Positions 1-12,610 of a stretch of 64,000 nt of DNA are shown here, one piece after another (position 1 is the stretch's first letter; the number at the start of each line of letters is the position of its first letter). Source of the stretch: Polymyxa betae A26-41 (taxonomy: Eukaryota > Protista > Endomyxa: Phytomyxea). A program made the translations under genes and the position numbers. The notes beneath the pieces were generated by a model. It saw only the letters and a list, made by a program, of their open reading frames with translations. It did not search any database and was not told the origin of the DNA. The DNA lies in assembly GCA_003693705.1 (NCBI GenBank), contig RBZT01000563.1:124001-188000 (forward strand), read 5' to 3'.

Positions 1-3000
1 TCTGAAACCAGCAAGTGTCGTCGGAAGTTCTGTATTACGAATGATCCACCTTTCAAAGATATTACAAAAGTACTATCATGAGAATCGGCTTACGGACTCT
101 ATTAGAACAGCAGTGGAACTCTGTCATCATGTTGAAACATTCGTTGTCGATCTCGATCCGGTTATCGAATCTTCAGCAGTCCAGATCAAATCCGCTTCCG
201 AGCAGCGTCAATTTGTTGATGCGATCATGGTTCTATCTGAAACGTACCTTTCTGCGTCGTATAGTCTCCCGGAACTGAACGATGAACTCACTTTGATACG
301 TTGGCGTCGCACTATTGTTCTATGCACGTTGGCGGTTATGTACGATTTGGTGATCCGCTCAGAATGTGGACAGGGAACTGCAATATCATCAACTCTGCAA
401 CGGTTTCATCTGGATCTTTGCGATCGTGATGGTATCAGCAATAACTTCCCATCGTTGCTTTTTACTTGTGCTGAGACAACTTTAGGATCCAATTTAGATA
501 CGGCTCTGAGAGACGCTCAGTTTCCTAATGAGCCAAAAATGGCAGATGCCAGATCCCGTCTGATCCAATATTTCCGGCAACAATTGCACAACAGACCTTC
601 TCAATCTCTCACGGTTTATGCACTTTCGGTTAGGCTATTGATATCGCTAAACAATTCGTTTTAATTGTTTGCTTTAGGGTCAGGTTCAATCCACAGATAC
701 AATCGCACAATTCATTACCACTGCCATAATAAACGGGCAAGTGTCGAATAATGCTAAAGTGGATAGAAACATGCCGAGCTTGGAGGCTCTGACCATTCTG
801 TCATCTTCCACGAATCAGCAGCTGGATAACATGTGCTTCGGTTTGAGGCAATACCTGTTTCTTCTCGTTCATATTGCCATCTCTATGGACCACTGTATGC
901 TTGAGATATCATGTGGTATAACTTCTGAATAATGTCAGGCTGTCTGATACGCCCCGGATTATATTTATCAGTTGCTCTTCAGCCCCGTTTTATCATTGAC
1001 AAATTCTGCTCAGATTCGGCATTCGTGTGTATCTCAATGATGAGACGAAAGCAACTTCGATTCAGCAACAATCAGTCATCGTTTGTTGATCGATTACTAT
1101 CGAAGGTCTCTAATAGCTTCTCATCGTTTGGATTACATGGTCTGATTCCTTTCAGATTGGAACTGGTATGCAAACTTTCTTATCTGCACAAGAATCGGCG
1201 CTGCTTTCACGCATCGTCAGGGACAGCAGTGGCCCGATGACTCTGCATCTTCTTTTAGATTTTGTCGCTTGCCATAGACTGCATCTTATAAACTGGACAT
1301 GCTTCCAACAATTATTCACCTACTGCTTGTTTCGATGTGGTGAAACGGTATCTGCTTGCATAATTTGTACTCTAGAAGCCTCATTGCTTTCAGGCAACGC
1401 AAATGTACAGTAGCCAAACAATGATTCCGTCACACGTTGGCTTTTTTCGGAATTGTGCTTTGTTAGAACATAATGTTTCAAAGAGCCTAGTTTCAGTTTG
1501 CATTTCTCTTGCTGAAGTCGTTCTGCAGGTATACTTTCATCAAAATCTAGGAGTTGATATTTATTCCTTCTGCGCAGGATCCATCGTGTTCATCTTCCGC
1601 TTTCAGGTTTTTGTACGAAACTTTTACTTGCATTGTTCATTATTTCAAAAACACTTGCGACGCTGGAATCTCGAGGCTGCATCAATACTGCAAAGATAAG
1701 ATGTATCCTCGATTGCGAGCTATGATTGAATCGCTATTCGAATCGTGTAACGATTCTACGCAGTCGCTAGAAGAGATCTCGAAGTTTTTCGTCTCAATAA
1801 TTAGGTGAAATTATCGCAGCACAGTTACCGATTCATATTGGTTAAAGTTTTTGTAGATGCCGCGAAAATTCTGATGATGCCAAGATTGCAATAGCGTTCA
1901 TCGAGACGTGGTCTTCCCACAATGTCTACCTTAGAGATAACATGTTACCTGATGCGATTCGATGCTCTATTACATTTCAAAGATTTGCTTCAGACACTAT
2001 TGTTTCGGATTCTTTCATAGATGAAGCCATAAGGAATATATGTTTTGGGAATAACCCTTCTTTGTTCCGACCAGCATTTGCACCCACTCAGTCATCATGG
2101 AATTCTTCTACCTGCTGCTTTGTTGAAAATCCTATAATATCCATTTCGTTCGATTCTGTCATCGAGATTCCTTTACAAGGGTTTGCTGTCAAAATGAGAA
2201 ACGGATCTGTGCGGCCACTATCCCATCCTAACTTGCTCTTTTACTCAGAAGAAAATATCTTGCTCCGAGACGATTCGTTTATAGCTGTGCCAAGATCCAA
2301 GCTGCCAGCTTGCCTTCAAAACGTAATATCCAAGACTCCCTCTTTATCATTGTGGCGTAAACTGGGCACGACTCAAGTGGCGACTGACGATACTTCGCTT
2401 GTCATTTCATTGAAGAGGTTCTTTGCAGAACCCGAACTGGTTGATGCAAAAGCCAAAAAGACAACACCAAAGCCGTCCAACTCAAAAGCGCCAGAAACAG
2501 AAGAACCTCCAGATGATCGTGCATTGCTTCTCAAGCAATATCCAGAGCTTCGGGAATTTTGTGGATGTGTTCATGACAAGAACCTTGGTCACCTCATTCG
2601 AGAAGACGATGTCTGCCTAGAGCTTCGGACAGCTTTCAACAATCTATTCGTGCCTGGACCTGTCTCATACTGGACAGATAATGAACCAATTGAACCCGGC
2701 AAACCAGCCGACATCAACCGAATTGTTCTACCTGGCGGAATTCATGCTTCTATCGACAAAGAGTATGACCGCCTACAGCTCAATATCGGGTATGAATTGA
2801 TCAAACGCCGTTTTAATGTTTCCTTCATGAATTAATATGATGTCATCAATAGGGGCGAGGTTCTTGTTACGGAAGCCCCGAATGAGCCATTGATTGGTCT
2901 TCTTAAAGGGTTCCCTCCTTACTGTACTCTTCGCCATCAATCAAGGGGTTCATGCCACGTCCTTTTCCATCATCCCGCCTTGTGCATTCCAATCCATTCT

Positions 3001-6000
3001 TCGCAACTCGTTTTTGACGAGTTACGATTAACAGTTGGTCTTCGCCTGTGGATTGCTCTCCAATTCACGCGATTGCTGCGATTCGAGGAAGCTTTCGAAA
3101 TGATAGCCCCTATTAATGCCGTAGAATGGAGCGACAGTTTCTTTCAGAGTTGGGTCAGTTTCTCTCCTGTTCATCCTGCTCAATGCTCTTTGAGATTGAC
3201 CATTATTTCGCGGGTTTTAAGAGACCACCCCAGCAAATCTCATTTGATTTCGCGACTTTCTGAACATATCTCGAATTACGAATCACTACGATCCTCTCTC
3301 CCGCTTCAGTTTCGAATTCAGCGCTCTGAATGGCGAGTGCTTCTTTCATACCATGCCCAGGTTAATAACCAGTCTATCAACAGCTTCCATGATAAGTGGC
3401 AGCAAATTAGAGATCTGGCTTTAAATAGGTTTGAATTTATACATCCTCGGCGATGGAAATTGGAGTTTTTGACTGACGATCCGATCGTGTCAAACTTTAA
3501 TTATCAGGGAACCAACAGCGATACCGTCCGTGTTTGCGATCAAATATGGAAAGCTCAAACAATCGACAAAGGCGGGTTCGTTTCGCTCTACGAGATGCTA
3601 ACTGGGAGACTGGACATAGTGTTTAACAGCAAACGGATCACTGTTGATGCTGCAGCATTATTAGCTCGCGTGCTGTTCTTTAAACAATTCAGACTGCCGG
3701 CTGGGCCAGATCCGATGTTGGGTCCGTTTGCTATCATCGATTGTCTGCTATTTATGGCCGATGGCCTCATCATCCAGAATATTGAAGCCTCTCGAAGTTC
3801 ACGCCAGATATCATTGAATGACCAACCTGCAACGCTTTCCTCATTCCTTGATTTCCTGCGATTCCCTCCATTTCCTCGAGGTTCTCGTTTTCTCCTTTGT
3901 CCACTCAAGATCTAATTGATTTGTGCAGGTAAAGATGGGCGAGTACATGTACTGCCTTCGTCGTCTTCAACCGAGTGGGCGATCTTTGCTGATCGGTTGA
4001 TGTCAATATGTGATGCTATTCGTCCAAGACCGTCACCAAGCGTAGAAGATGATGTTAATGGTGCAGATATTCTCAATGCCGCTTCGTCTGCAGTTCCATC
4101 TCGAGCTTCGTCTGCATCAGCTATAGCTTCCAGGCGAAAGGGGCGTGAACCCGGATGGCGTTGGGCACCTGCCAGGATCTCGGCTAGGCAACGCTATGAT
4201 GCTGCTGTTTTTGAAGTTGAACAACCCGATTTTTCGGAAATTTGTCAATCGACCTGTAAGACACTACTGACCAATTTTAACAGCAACGTTGACTTCTGCG
4301 ATCACGTTTCTGGATTTCTGCAATCGACAACCTTATGGATGCTGATCTCTAGCTGGCTGTCGATGGATGCAGCTGATCAAATGAAACATCTAGCCTTAAG
4401 TCGGCTATCGATAGATTCGGAGCTTGTCCTGAGGTCCATTACAACTGCTGTCGAAGCTGGAATCTTAATCGGGCACAATTTTGGCAACGAAAATAATCTC
4501 AAGAAACGTTATATCAATGCTCTGGAATCTGTTATAACGTTTATCGAGCATATACCGGGTATGCCTGCCAGCTCTAACGAAGCAACTGCGCTCGTAGTAC
4601 AAGCTGTTGATAAACCTACAATTATTATTGCCGATAATGTCCTGCATTTCCGGCAGCTTTCGGACGCATTAACTGGATTCCTTCGCCATCCTTTATTCGC
4701 TAACATTCCACATTGCATTTCGGTTGGCATCGTTCCGTATTTACAAACGGCAACTGATATCCCGCGCAGGAAACGGATTTAATTCCCGCTTCAATAGCTG
4801 AATGTTTAGGAGGTTCGAATGGCTTGATTATTACTACTGGTTTCGCTGTGGAGAAATTTCTTGCGAATGTCCAGCTAAATTTGTGTTCGACAAAGAATAC
4901 CGAAAACTGCTTCGAATTCTGTCATGCGTTTCAGAAACTTTCGGAAGCTCATTGTGTCGCCTTCCCATATGATGATTTTGTGTTCAAGCCCATCACCTTC
5001 ATTAACACATCAAATTTGAGCAACGGTCGGTGTTGTGCCGAAGTATTTCGCGATCGCTGCAATTTAGCTCTTCATATACTGGATGGATTTATGGCTCCAT
5101 CTGAGGCAATTGCCATGGCATCTATCCGCAATAACGATTCTGCCTTTCTTTCAACTGCTTCTCTGGCTTATATGCGATTACATAAGGTTTTTATCGTAGG
5201 GCTTCGCTCGGTCTTTTTAACAAACATGCTTAGGAACTGCAACAACTTAGGCTTGATGGCGTAATCGAGGGAACACATTTTGTCAATTATCAGGATAAAG
5301 TCGCTGTATTTGACGCATATGAGCGTCATCTGCTGCATGCTGTGCTGGAATGGGCTATTATGCTATTGATCGATACTGGTATATGTTCTGTTAACGGGTG
5401 TCGTCACTTTAACGATTCGACATCGAACTTACCGGCGTCTGACGTCGCGAAACGATTCATTCTAGCAGATTATGCAGCTGCCGCCTGTCTTTATGAGCGC
5501 TTCGAGTATGATGAGCGCTCAAGAGCCGTTTTAGTGCACGGTAGGATAAATTGACAGTCGCTTGCTACTAGCTCTTAGTCAATTTTACAGCTCGTTTCTG
5601 GATACGTCAGATCATTCCATTTCTGATGACCCAGAGATGCGGCATTACTTTTGCAAGGATTAGCGAAGACGATCTCGTGGCGCGACCGCTGTCCGATGGC
5701 AGATTTCAATCGGATTGTATTTACTTCCAAAATATGGATGTGACGATCGGTACAACCATCATGATGTTTTATTCAGAAGGGTTTGTACATGCATGAAATG
5801 ATCCATCTCACTTTTACTGACCATTCACTTCTAGGCTGAATAAGAATGATACCGAAAGGTTGATCACTCAAATGCAGAATGACTGGTTTTATGAAGGCAC
5901 AACGCCCAGTCAGTATGATCGCCCGAGCCAGCATGAGTTGCAATCTTGGCTCGGAACAACCAACGTATCGCTCAGGTTTAAGTATTTAGTAATTGGTGCT

Positions 6001-8814
6001 CGTAACTTATCTGTCGACAGATCCTTGGAAAAATCATCCTCTTTGTTTGAATTTGTTCACGATCGCGTTTGTTACCAGCTGCCTGCAATCCGTCACTACC
6101 TAACCAGGCAAGTTCTGCCGCAAATAACACGATGGCCGACGGATTGCCTCAACGTTGATCTGAGGGATTTGCCCCTCATTCCGAACTCAGATGATCTACC
6201 TTCTGCATATAATTTCATTGGTATCTCGGCGATTGAAGCTCTAAGCTGCGCTATACGCTCAGTCAATATACATCATCTAATATCATCAGTGCTACCTTCA
6301 CGAGCAGTTCCGCCTGAGTTAGGGCGTTTTATAAAAGGGTTAACTGTCTCGATTGATCAGTCTGGTAATCAAAAGATTTAGTAGATTTAAACTGTAGACT
6401 GAATATTATCCAAGGATCATTGCAACTTAAAAGACATCAACGTAGGCTGGAGTTGCTTCGTGCTCAGATTGCATCCATTTCTGAAATCCCGGATACCCCA
6501 CAACAGCAGATAATTCAACAGTATTATTCGTTGGCGGAGCTCATGCAAAAAGGAACAAAATGTATATTTGCTTGCGTCCAGTTCGCGATATGCTGAATTT
6601 AAACTGTAGGCAAATCAAATGCTTTCCGATGTGAGAACGATTTCCATTTAGAGATGCGAAGTTTAGAAACAATATGGGCAACTACAGAGCCCAATGGAAT
6701 GACATTTGCCAAAGTGTCATCATTACCAAATGATTCCATTATCGATATTTTGCCCTGTTCACCCATTACTTCCGAACGAGACCAAAAGCTTTCCAAGTAT
6801 GGATTCTGGCAATGTGTCGCTAGTAATGTTAATGTCTGTGTAGACACTGTCTCAAATGGAATATTGCTGGCATTGATGTCAACTCTCTTCATAGAATCGC
6901 TTTTCCCTTACGGGCAGAGAATGGGTTTACCTTTCCCTCTATCTTCACTTCCCGTAATCATCAGAACCTTTGCGATATTGACGTCGTACTGGAGCTCTAT
7001 CTTACGGGGGCAGAGTCAAGTTGTAGGAGCCTCTTTCCAGTTCGCCTTCCGTCCAATCTCCGAAGCGGCCTGTTGCGTCATCTGGGACCAGATTTCGTCG
7101 TCAGGGTAACTGTATTGGAAATTGGGCCTGTCAGCGCATTGAAGTATACTTAGAACCTGGAAGAGCTCTTTGGGAAATGGCAAATTCGATTTCCTTTAGA
7201 CGAGTGCGTTTCCGATCTTGATCATTGCAAGCTTGTAGCTTCAAAAGGATCAGGCATCCGGCCCAAAATTAAGTCAACATTTTTGACCAGAGAACCTCAA
7301 TCTCATTGTCAGACGTCGCATTCGGTTGATGAGTCGGAGCTCAACTCTGTTCTAAAACCAGAGCATTTGAAAGAATTACTTGACAGAATTGAACAAAACA
7401 TCTCTGATTCGAATTGCTATTTTGTCGCAATAACATTACAAGAAGCGTCGACATTATTTTCGTTGATGGATTCTACCACCGATATTCACCAGATTGGAAG
7501 TAAGATATTTCGAATGTCGATAGCTTTTTTATGACTGATGCTCTTAGTGTGTCTTCGCAGCCTGGATTCTGGCAACATTTTAGCGCGATCTAATCGATAC
7601 CGATGTGCCGGGTTCTCGACCATTAACAGTGCAATGTCATGCTTACATTATGCTAACGGCGAAGTACAGTCGACAGATTACAATTCCCTGGTCATGCGCC
7701 ATATCTTAGATCCGATTCCTGAGTCGCAACGGTTACGAATGCTGAAGGAGTTCATCGGTGAGCAGAATGTACATGATGGTCCATTTTCTCGCTAATAATC
7801 GTAGATGTTTCTGGTCGGATTCGCGATCTCCGTTCTTGGGATTTTTCCCCCTTGGCACAAATTTTCCACATCGGGGAAAGCATGCTTACCACACAATTAC
7901 GCAAATGCTTTGCAAAGCTTAAAAATGGAATCATCCTGAGGTCAGTGAGCCGAGAATTTGCTATTGGGTAAATGTTAGTTGACGATTACTGCTAGATATG
8001 GCAATAATGTCGCCAGCTGCTTTGATTACCTCGACAGGAATCATGATGGTTTCATAACTGCAAGCGAACTGGAATACACCTTAAATGAGCTCAAACTAGG
8101 TTTCGCGCCTCAGGATTTCCAATGCATTCTGCTTGATTGTGATATGAATTCGGATGGGGTTATCGATTTTGCAGAATTTACGGTTCTTGTTTTCGGAAGT
8201 GATACGAACAACGACTCTTTAAAAGACACAATACAGAGGCATGGTGAAATCGATCAAGAAAAAACCGAAAAATGGAAGGCTCAGCTAAGAAACGAAGAAG
8301 TAATTATGTTAACAGACCCATCTTTAGCATTGCACTCATTGGAATCTAGGCTCGTAAGGAAGCAGTCCATTATGAATTAATGAATGACACCACACGGTAT
8401 GAGACAATGAAGCCCCTGGTTTCGTCGCTTCGCTGGCAATATCACAAGGCAATGTCGGCTGCTAAAGTTGCTTTAAACTGCCACAAACAAATTCTTCCGT
8501 TGCAGCAAATACACCATCTAGGCGAGAGGTCGGCCATTTCGGTAAAGGTTGCTCAACTCACTCAAAGGGAGCGGCAAGCGCAGGAGGAGCTAGCTAGATC
8601 CAGACTTCACATTGACGAGGTGAAGCGCTCCATCCGTAAAATCGACCCGACATTCGGAACCAACGACAGCTACGCAAAGCCTTGGTTCAGCTCTGATGTC
8701 GAAATGAATGACGAGGACGAAGTTCCAAACAAGGTCACAATAAAATGACATAGACAGGGTCTCATTCAAAGGTAGAAAGGCAATTACGAAAGAAGCTCAG
8801 CTCATGTAACGTAA
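1..8814 (+). CDS. Giant multi-exon protein (5' end likely outside window) with C-terminal EF-hand pair; divergent DUF3638/DUF3645-like family member
   Basis: Chain of + strand ORFs 41..8748 separated by ~45-60 nt GT..AG gaps. EF-hands DYLDRNHDGFITASEL and DCDMNSDGVIDFAEF at ~8020-8180. The segments LHLLLDFV..QQLFTYCLF, YFVAITLQEASTL and RSWDFSPLAQIF resemble giant protist DUF3638/DUF3645 EF-hand proteins. The intron at ~8300-8349 joins the EF-hand exon in frame to ORF 8380. The 3' end is uncertain (8748 or 8814). Confidence 0.6.
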
Positions 8815-8949
8815 TCAATCTGCTGATCAATTGGCAGCCGAGCCCTAAATGCGCATAATGTTGTAATGTTACAGAGCAGCAGCCCATAAATCTTTCCTTG
8901 ATAATCGGAACGGTCCTGATTACTCACTGGTGATTAGAGTGAAAAATCG

Positions 8950-11650
8950 ATGCTGCTTGCACCCTCGCTGAATGACGACCTGGTGTACGAGAGTCGCCTG
9001 AATGCTGTGATATTTGCATTCACGCCACCACCGAGACGTGGAACCCGATGCTTACGCCGCTATCTTGACCTGCTTGTAAAGATCAGGCAAATGCATACCA
9101 TGCTGCGAAGAAAGACCCTGCTGGATGTCACTCTTTTCGTTCGACAGATGCAGTGGTATTGTGACGTGGCTTACATTGCACATGCTGCTTTACAAGAAGT
9201 TGGCAATTCTGAAGAGTTGTTACAGCGCCTAAGCATTGCTGGAAACGATCGCCGTGCATATGGGTAGTATTTCGACCTGCATTGAGGCTTTTATTTATTT
9301 GAATTGTAGCATGAAAGGAAGGCACCTTTTCTTTCTGGTATTGGATCAACCTAGAAAGATGTGCCTTGCTCCCCCATTCGGTGAACTGACAGCCGTAGAG
9401 GACGTGGCTGCTTTTATAGACCTCGTCAAATCAGATATTGCACGAGTTGAAGTTCTGTGTGATATTGCCTCCCAGATAAATGCACCATTCGGGAATACAA
9501 CCCTGTCTTTGAGCCATCCAACACGCTTCCTTTTTGATCGTGACCTTCTGTCACAAGTCAGTCCAATCCAGTCCAAGATAATCACAGTTTATCAGTATGC
9601 ATACCTAGATCATAATTCGGTTATGTGACAGCATCTAATAGATTCTCTGATGTGATCATCGGGGCGTATTATGAGGCGCGAGGCCGCCTGATTGCGAGCT
9701 TCATTATCGATCTGTATGGCGCTTCTGTCGGAAACATCACCCCGTCTGCTGTCGTTTTGAAGAACGACGGCGATCAAGATTGTGTCATTCTGAAAGCGGA
9801 TACCCCTGATGAGATGTCACAATGGGTAAAAAGGGTGAATGATAGTATATCAGCATTATCGTTTGATCAGTCGCAATGGATGGACGATTCATGCTCGTCA
9901 ACGTGTGTTAAGTGCTGCCAACCATTCAGTTTGGCTATCAGAAGGCATCATTGTCGGCGATGTGGCTCACTAGTTTGCAACAAATGCTCCAATCGATTAG
10001 TGTTATTGCCTTTTCTCGATCGAAAAAGAAGGAAACGCATCTGTGACAGCTGTTTCGAGATAAGGAAGTATGTTGGCCTCAGGAGGATGACCTCAAGCGA
10101 TTTTGAGCTCATTCAAGCGTTCCTTAACTTTATGGAAAGGAATATTGCTCGACGACAGCTTTGTTTGAAACTGCTCTCTGAAGCAGGGATACATCAGTCC
10201 GATCTCGGCGCTTATCGAAACTTTAGTCCTAATGCATTGATGCCTGACCAAATACGTGATTTATCGATTCACTTCGAAAGTATGTATAGCTCAAGCTGCG
10301 CTTTCGTCGACGCTTTGTCACATTTAACTTCGACGTGGAAGGAGGATGTCGATCAGAATGTTGGCGATCTGTTAAGCGACCATGCTCGTTTTTTTGGCGA
10401 ATTATCTTCTTACATCAGCGAAATCAACGATATTTCAGAGCTGTCAAGCCAAGAAAAGGCATTTACCAACGATATTTTCCGCCCGATTCGCCAGATTTCC
10501 TCGATCAGAGATGCGATTGATCAGATACTAAAGGAGACACCGGAATCCCATCCTGATTACGCCAGCCTTTCTTTAGTCATGCATGTAATTCAGGATTGCG
10601 CTGCAGCCGCTTCACAATGCATTTCACGTTTTGAGGGGAGTGTCATGTTCGCCGAGATCGAACTGAAATTCGCCAAACCGATTTCTTTTTATCGACCCGG
10701 ACGGGCGTTCATCTCCGAAGGCACTTTGAGACGACAAATGTTTTCCCGGAAAGTGTACTCAATTATACTCTTTTCCGATCTCATCATTATTTCAAAATCA
10801 TTTGCTACCGGTTTGATACCTCGGTGGCGAATTGAAACCCTTGTTCATCTGCCTTGCATTCAACAACTTGATGACACGACCTGGCGTCTGTCATGGCTTT
10901 CTTCCTGTATCACGTTTGAACCGCTACAGCCAAGCCAATGGGTGCATGATATTGTACGAATAACATCCAGGGCGACACATTCGTCTCCAGGAGCTATGCT
11001 GCAGCCCAAGAATTGGGTCCCTGACTCAGCTGATAGTTGCTGCTCGGTATGCTCAAAATCATTCTCTATGGTACTTTTTTATTGTTCGTCTTCATTCGTG
11101 CGGGTGATTCGCTGTAGATCGTCCGGCGACATCATTGTCGATATTGTGGTGATCTGGTGTGTCATCAGTGTTCGACAGGACGGGTGTCGTTAACTGGAGA
11201 GAAAGGCAACAACGTCACTGTTCGAGTTTGCGACAAGTGTCACCCTGCAAGTGTATCTAGGGATACCTCAAGCATTGCCGACGAAGGAAGTGATGACGAG
11301 GTTGAAGTGGAAGACAGCGAAGGCGATAGTTCGCCCAGTCTAAACGCTTCGTTTTCTGGTCTGTTATCCAGATCTGTTGGGAACGCTTTAGATAACTGGA
11401 TGTCGAATACTGATGCTAATAACTGCCTGATATGTGATAGACAATTCACAATTGGTCGAAGACGTCATCATTGTCGTGAATGGTCAGTTTTTTTCGTCAA
11501 TTTCATAATCAACTGAGTTGCATTTTTAGTGGAGCGCTTGTCTGTAAGATGTGCTCGACATCTCGAATGATCTTAGAGCATATCAGCAAAACGGAACGGG
11601 TTCGCATTTGTGACCGGTGCGCTCCAGAAATTTCTGATCGCACAGAATAA
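8950..11650 (+). CDS. FGD/frabin-like RhoGEF with DH, PH and three FYVE domains
   Basis: Three FYVE motifs (WMDD..RRHHCRRCG, WVPD..RRHHCRYCG across an intron, WMSN..RRHHCREC across an intron). DH C-terminal motif ILKETPESHPDY is followed by PH (GRAFISEGTL..IILFSDLII). Stop TAA at 11648-11650. Confidence 0.85.
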
Positions 11651-12036
11651 TGAAGTATTGCTTTATGTGTGAACGCATATAATCGAATGCTTCTCTTGCA
11701 GAAAGTCAGGATAAACTAGTTGAAAGAAATCAGCATTATTACAGATCGGTTCTCGGTTTGCTAAAGACCATCGACCTCTGATGAAAATAGGACTTCGAAA
11801 ATAGATAACTGCATTGAATTGGATTGATAGTTGATGCTCTCCATGATTAGAAACATTGGAACTATATGAGCGTTCGAACGATTCCCGAATCTACCTGCCG
11901 TTTTGCTCTGTCTAGTCCTCAGCAGTAAGAATCCCGAACTATTTATAACTTTGCAAAGATTGGACCCCTAGTTTTGGAAAGAAAAGGTGATTGATTTTTG
12001 GAGAGAGGGGTTAGAGGAACCCCTTTTTTGTCGCTT

Positions 12037-12413
12037 ATGGGCGCTACATACCCCAGTCACAGGGCAGCGGATGAGCAAGAACACAGATTTGTCCAGCTGT
12101 TTAACCTCTCCAAGTACAACTTTCTGGAATCTAACACTTATTTACGATGGTTCGCTCGAGAATACTGCCAGCGAGATCATAATTCAAATATATTATGGAG
12201 GAGTTTGATCGTCTCAAGTTTCAAATTCAGAGCATCAGTCACCTATCCCAGGTGATCACACAAGCGCAATACTTTTGCATCGGCCAGATTCGGGAGATGA
12301 TCTGGCAGAAGCAGCTTCTCAATAACAGATACAAGGCGTTGGACGATTCTGCTACTCTGTTCGATCAGTATCTGCCAGTTTCCCCAGAGCATAACCCTTA
12401 TGGCGAATTGTGA
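12037..12413 (+). CDS. Small hypothetical protein (~94-111 aa, 1-2 introns)
   Basis: ATG at 12037 and ORF 12195..12413 can be joined through a GT-AG intron at 12211-12251, with an optional in-frame intron at 12150-12200. No recognised domain. Confidence 0.45.
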
Positions 12414-12610
12414 TACATATCAAGTCTACCAGTCGCATTTCAAGAATTACCCATCCTGATCTGAAACTCGAATAAAGGTTCAAATCATTATTTAGGTAAT
12501 TTATTTTGTCTAAAGCACACGTTGATTGGCTTGAGCAAGCTAAAACGAAACATTCTGCAGAACCAATCTCTTCTATTGTCTTTATTAGCCAACAGGCCAA
12601 GATTAATAGT

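Noticed and set aside
8700-8960. Fusion of the giant EF-hand gene and the FYVE-RhoGEF into one >11-kb gene
   Set aside because: No plausible splice path keeps the frame open across 8734-8950, and the downstream gene has its own ATG and a candidate promoter motif. Long reads would be needed to exclude fusion fully.
12006-12029. Hairpin AGGGGTT-n5-AACCCCT plus T-run resembling an intrinsic terminator
   Set aside because: Short, in a eukaryotic context, and likely chance or a simple 5' UTR structure.
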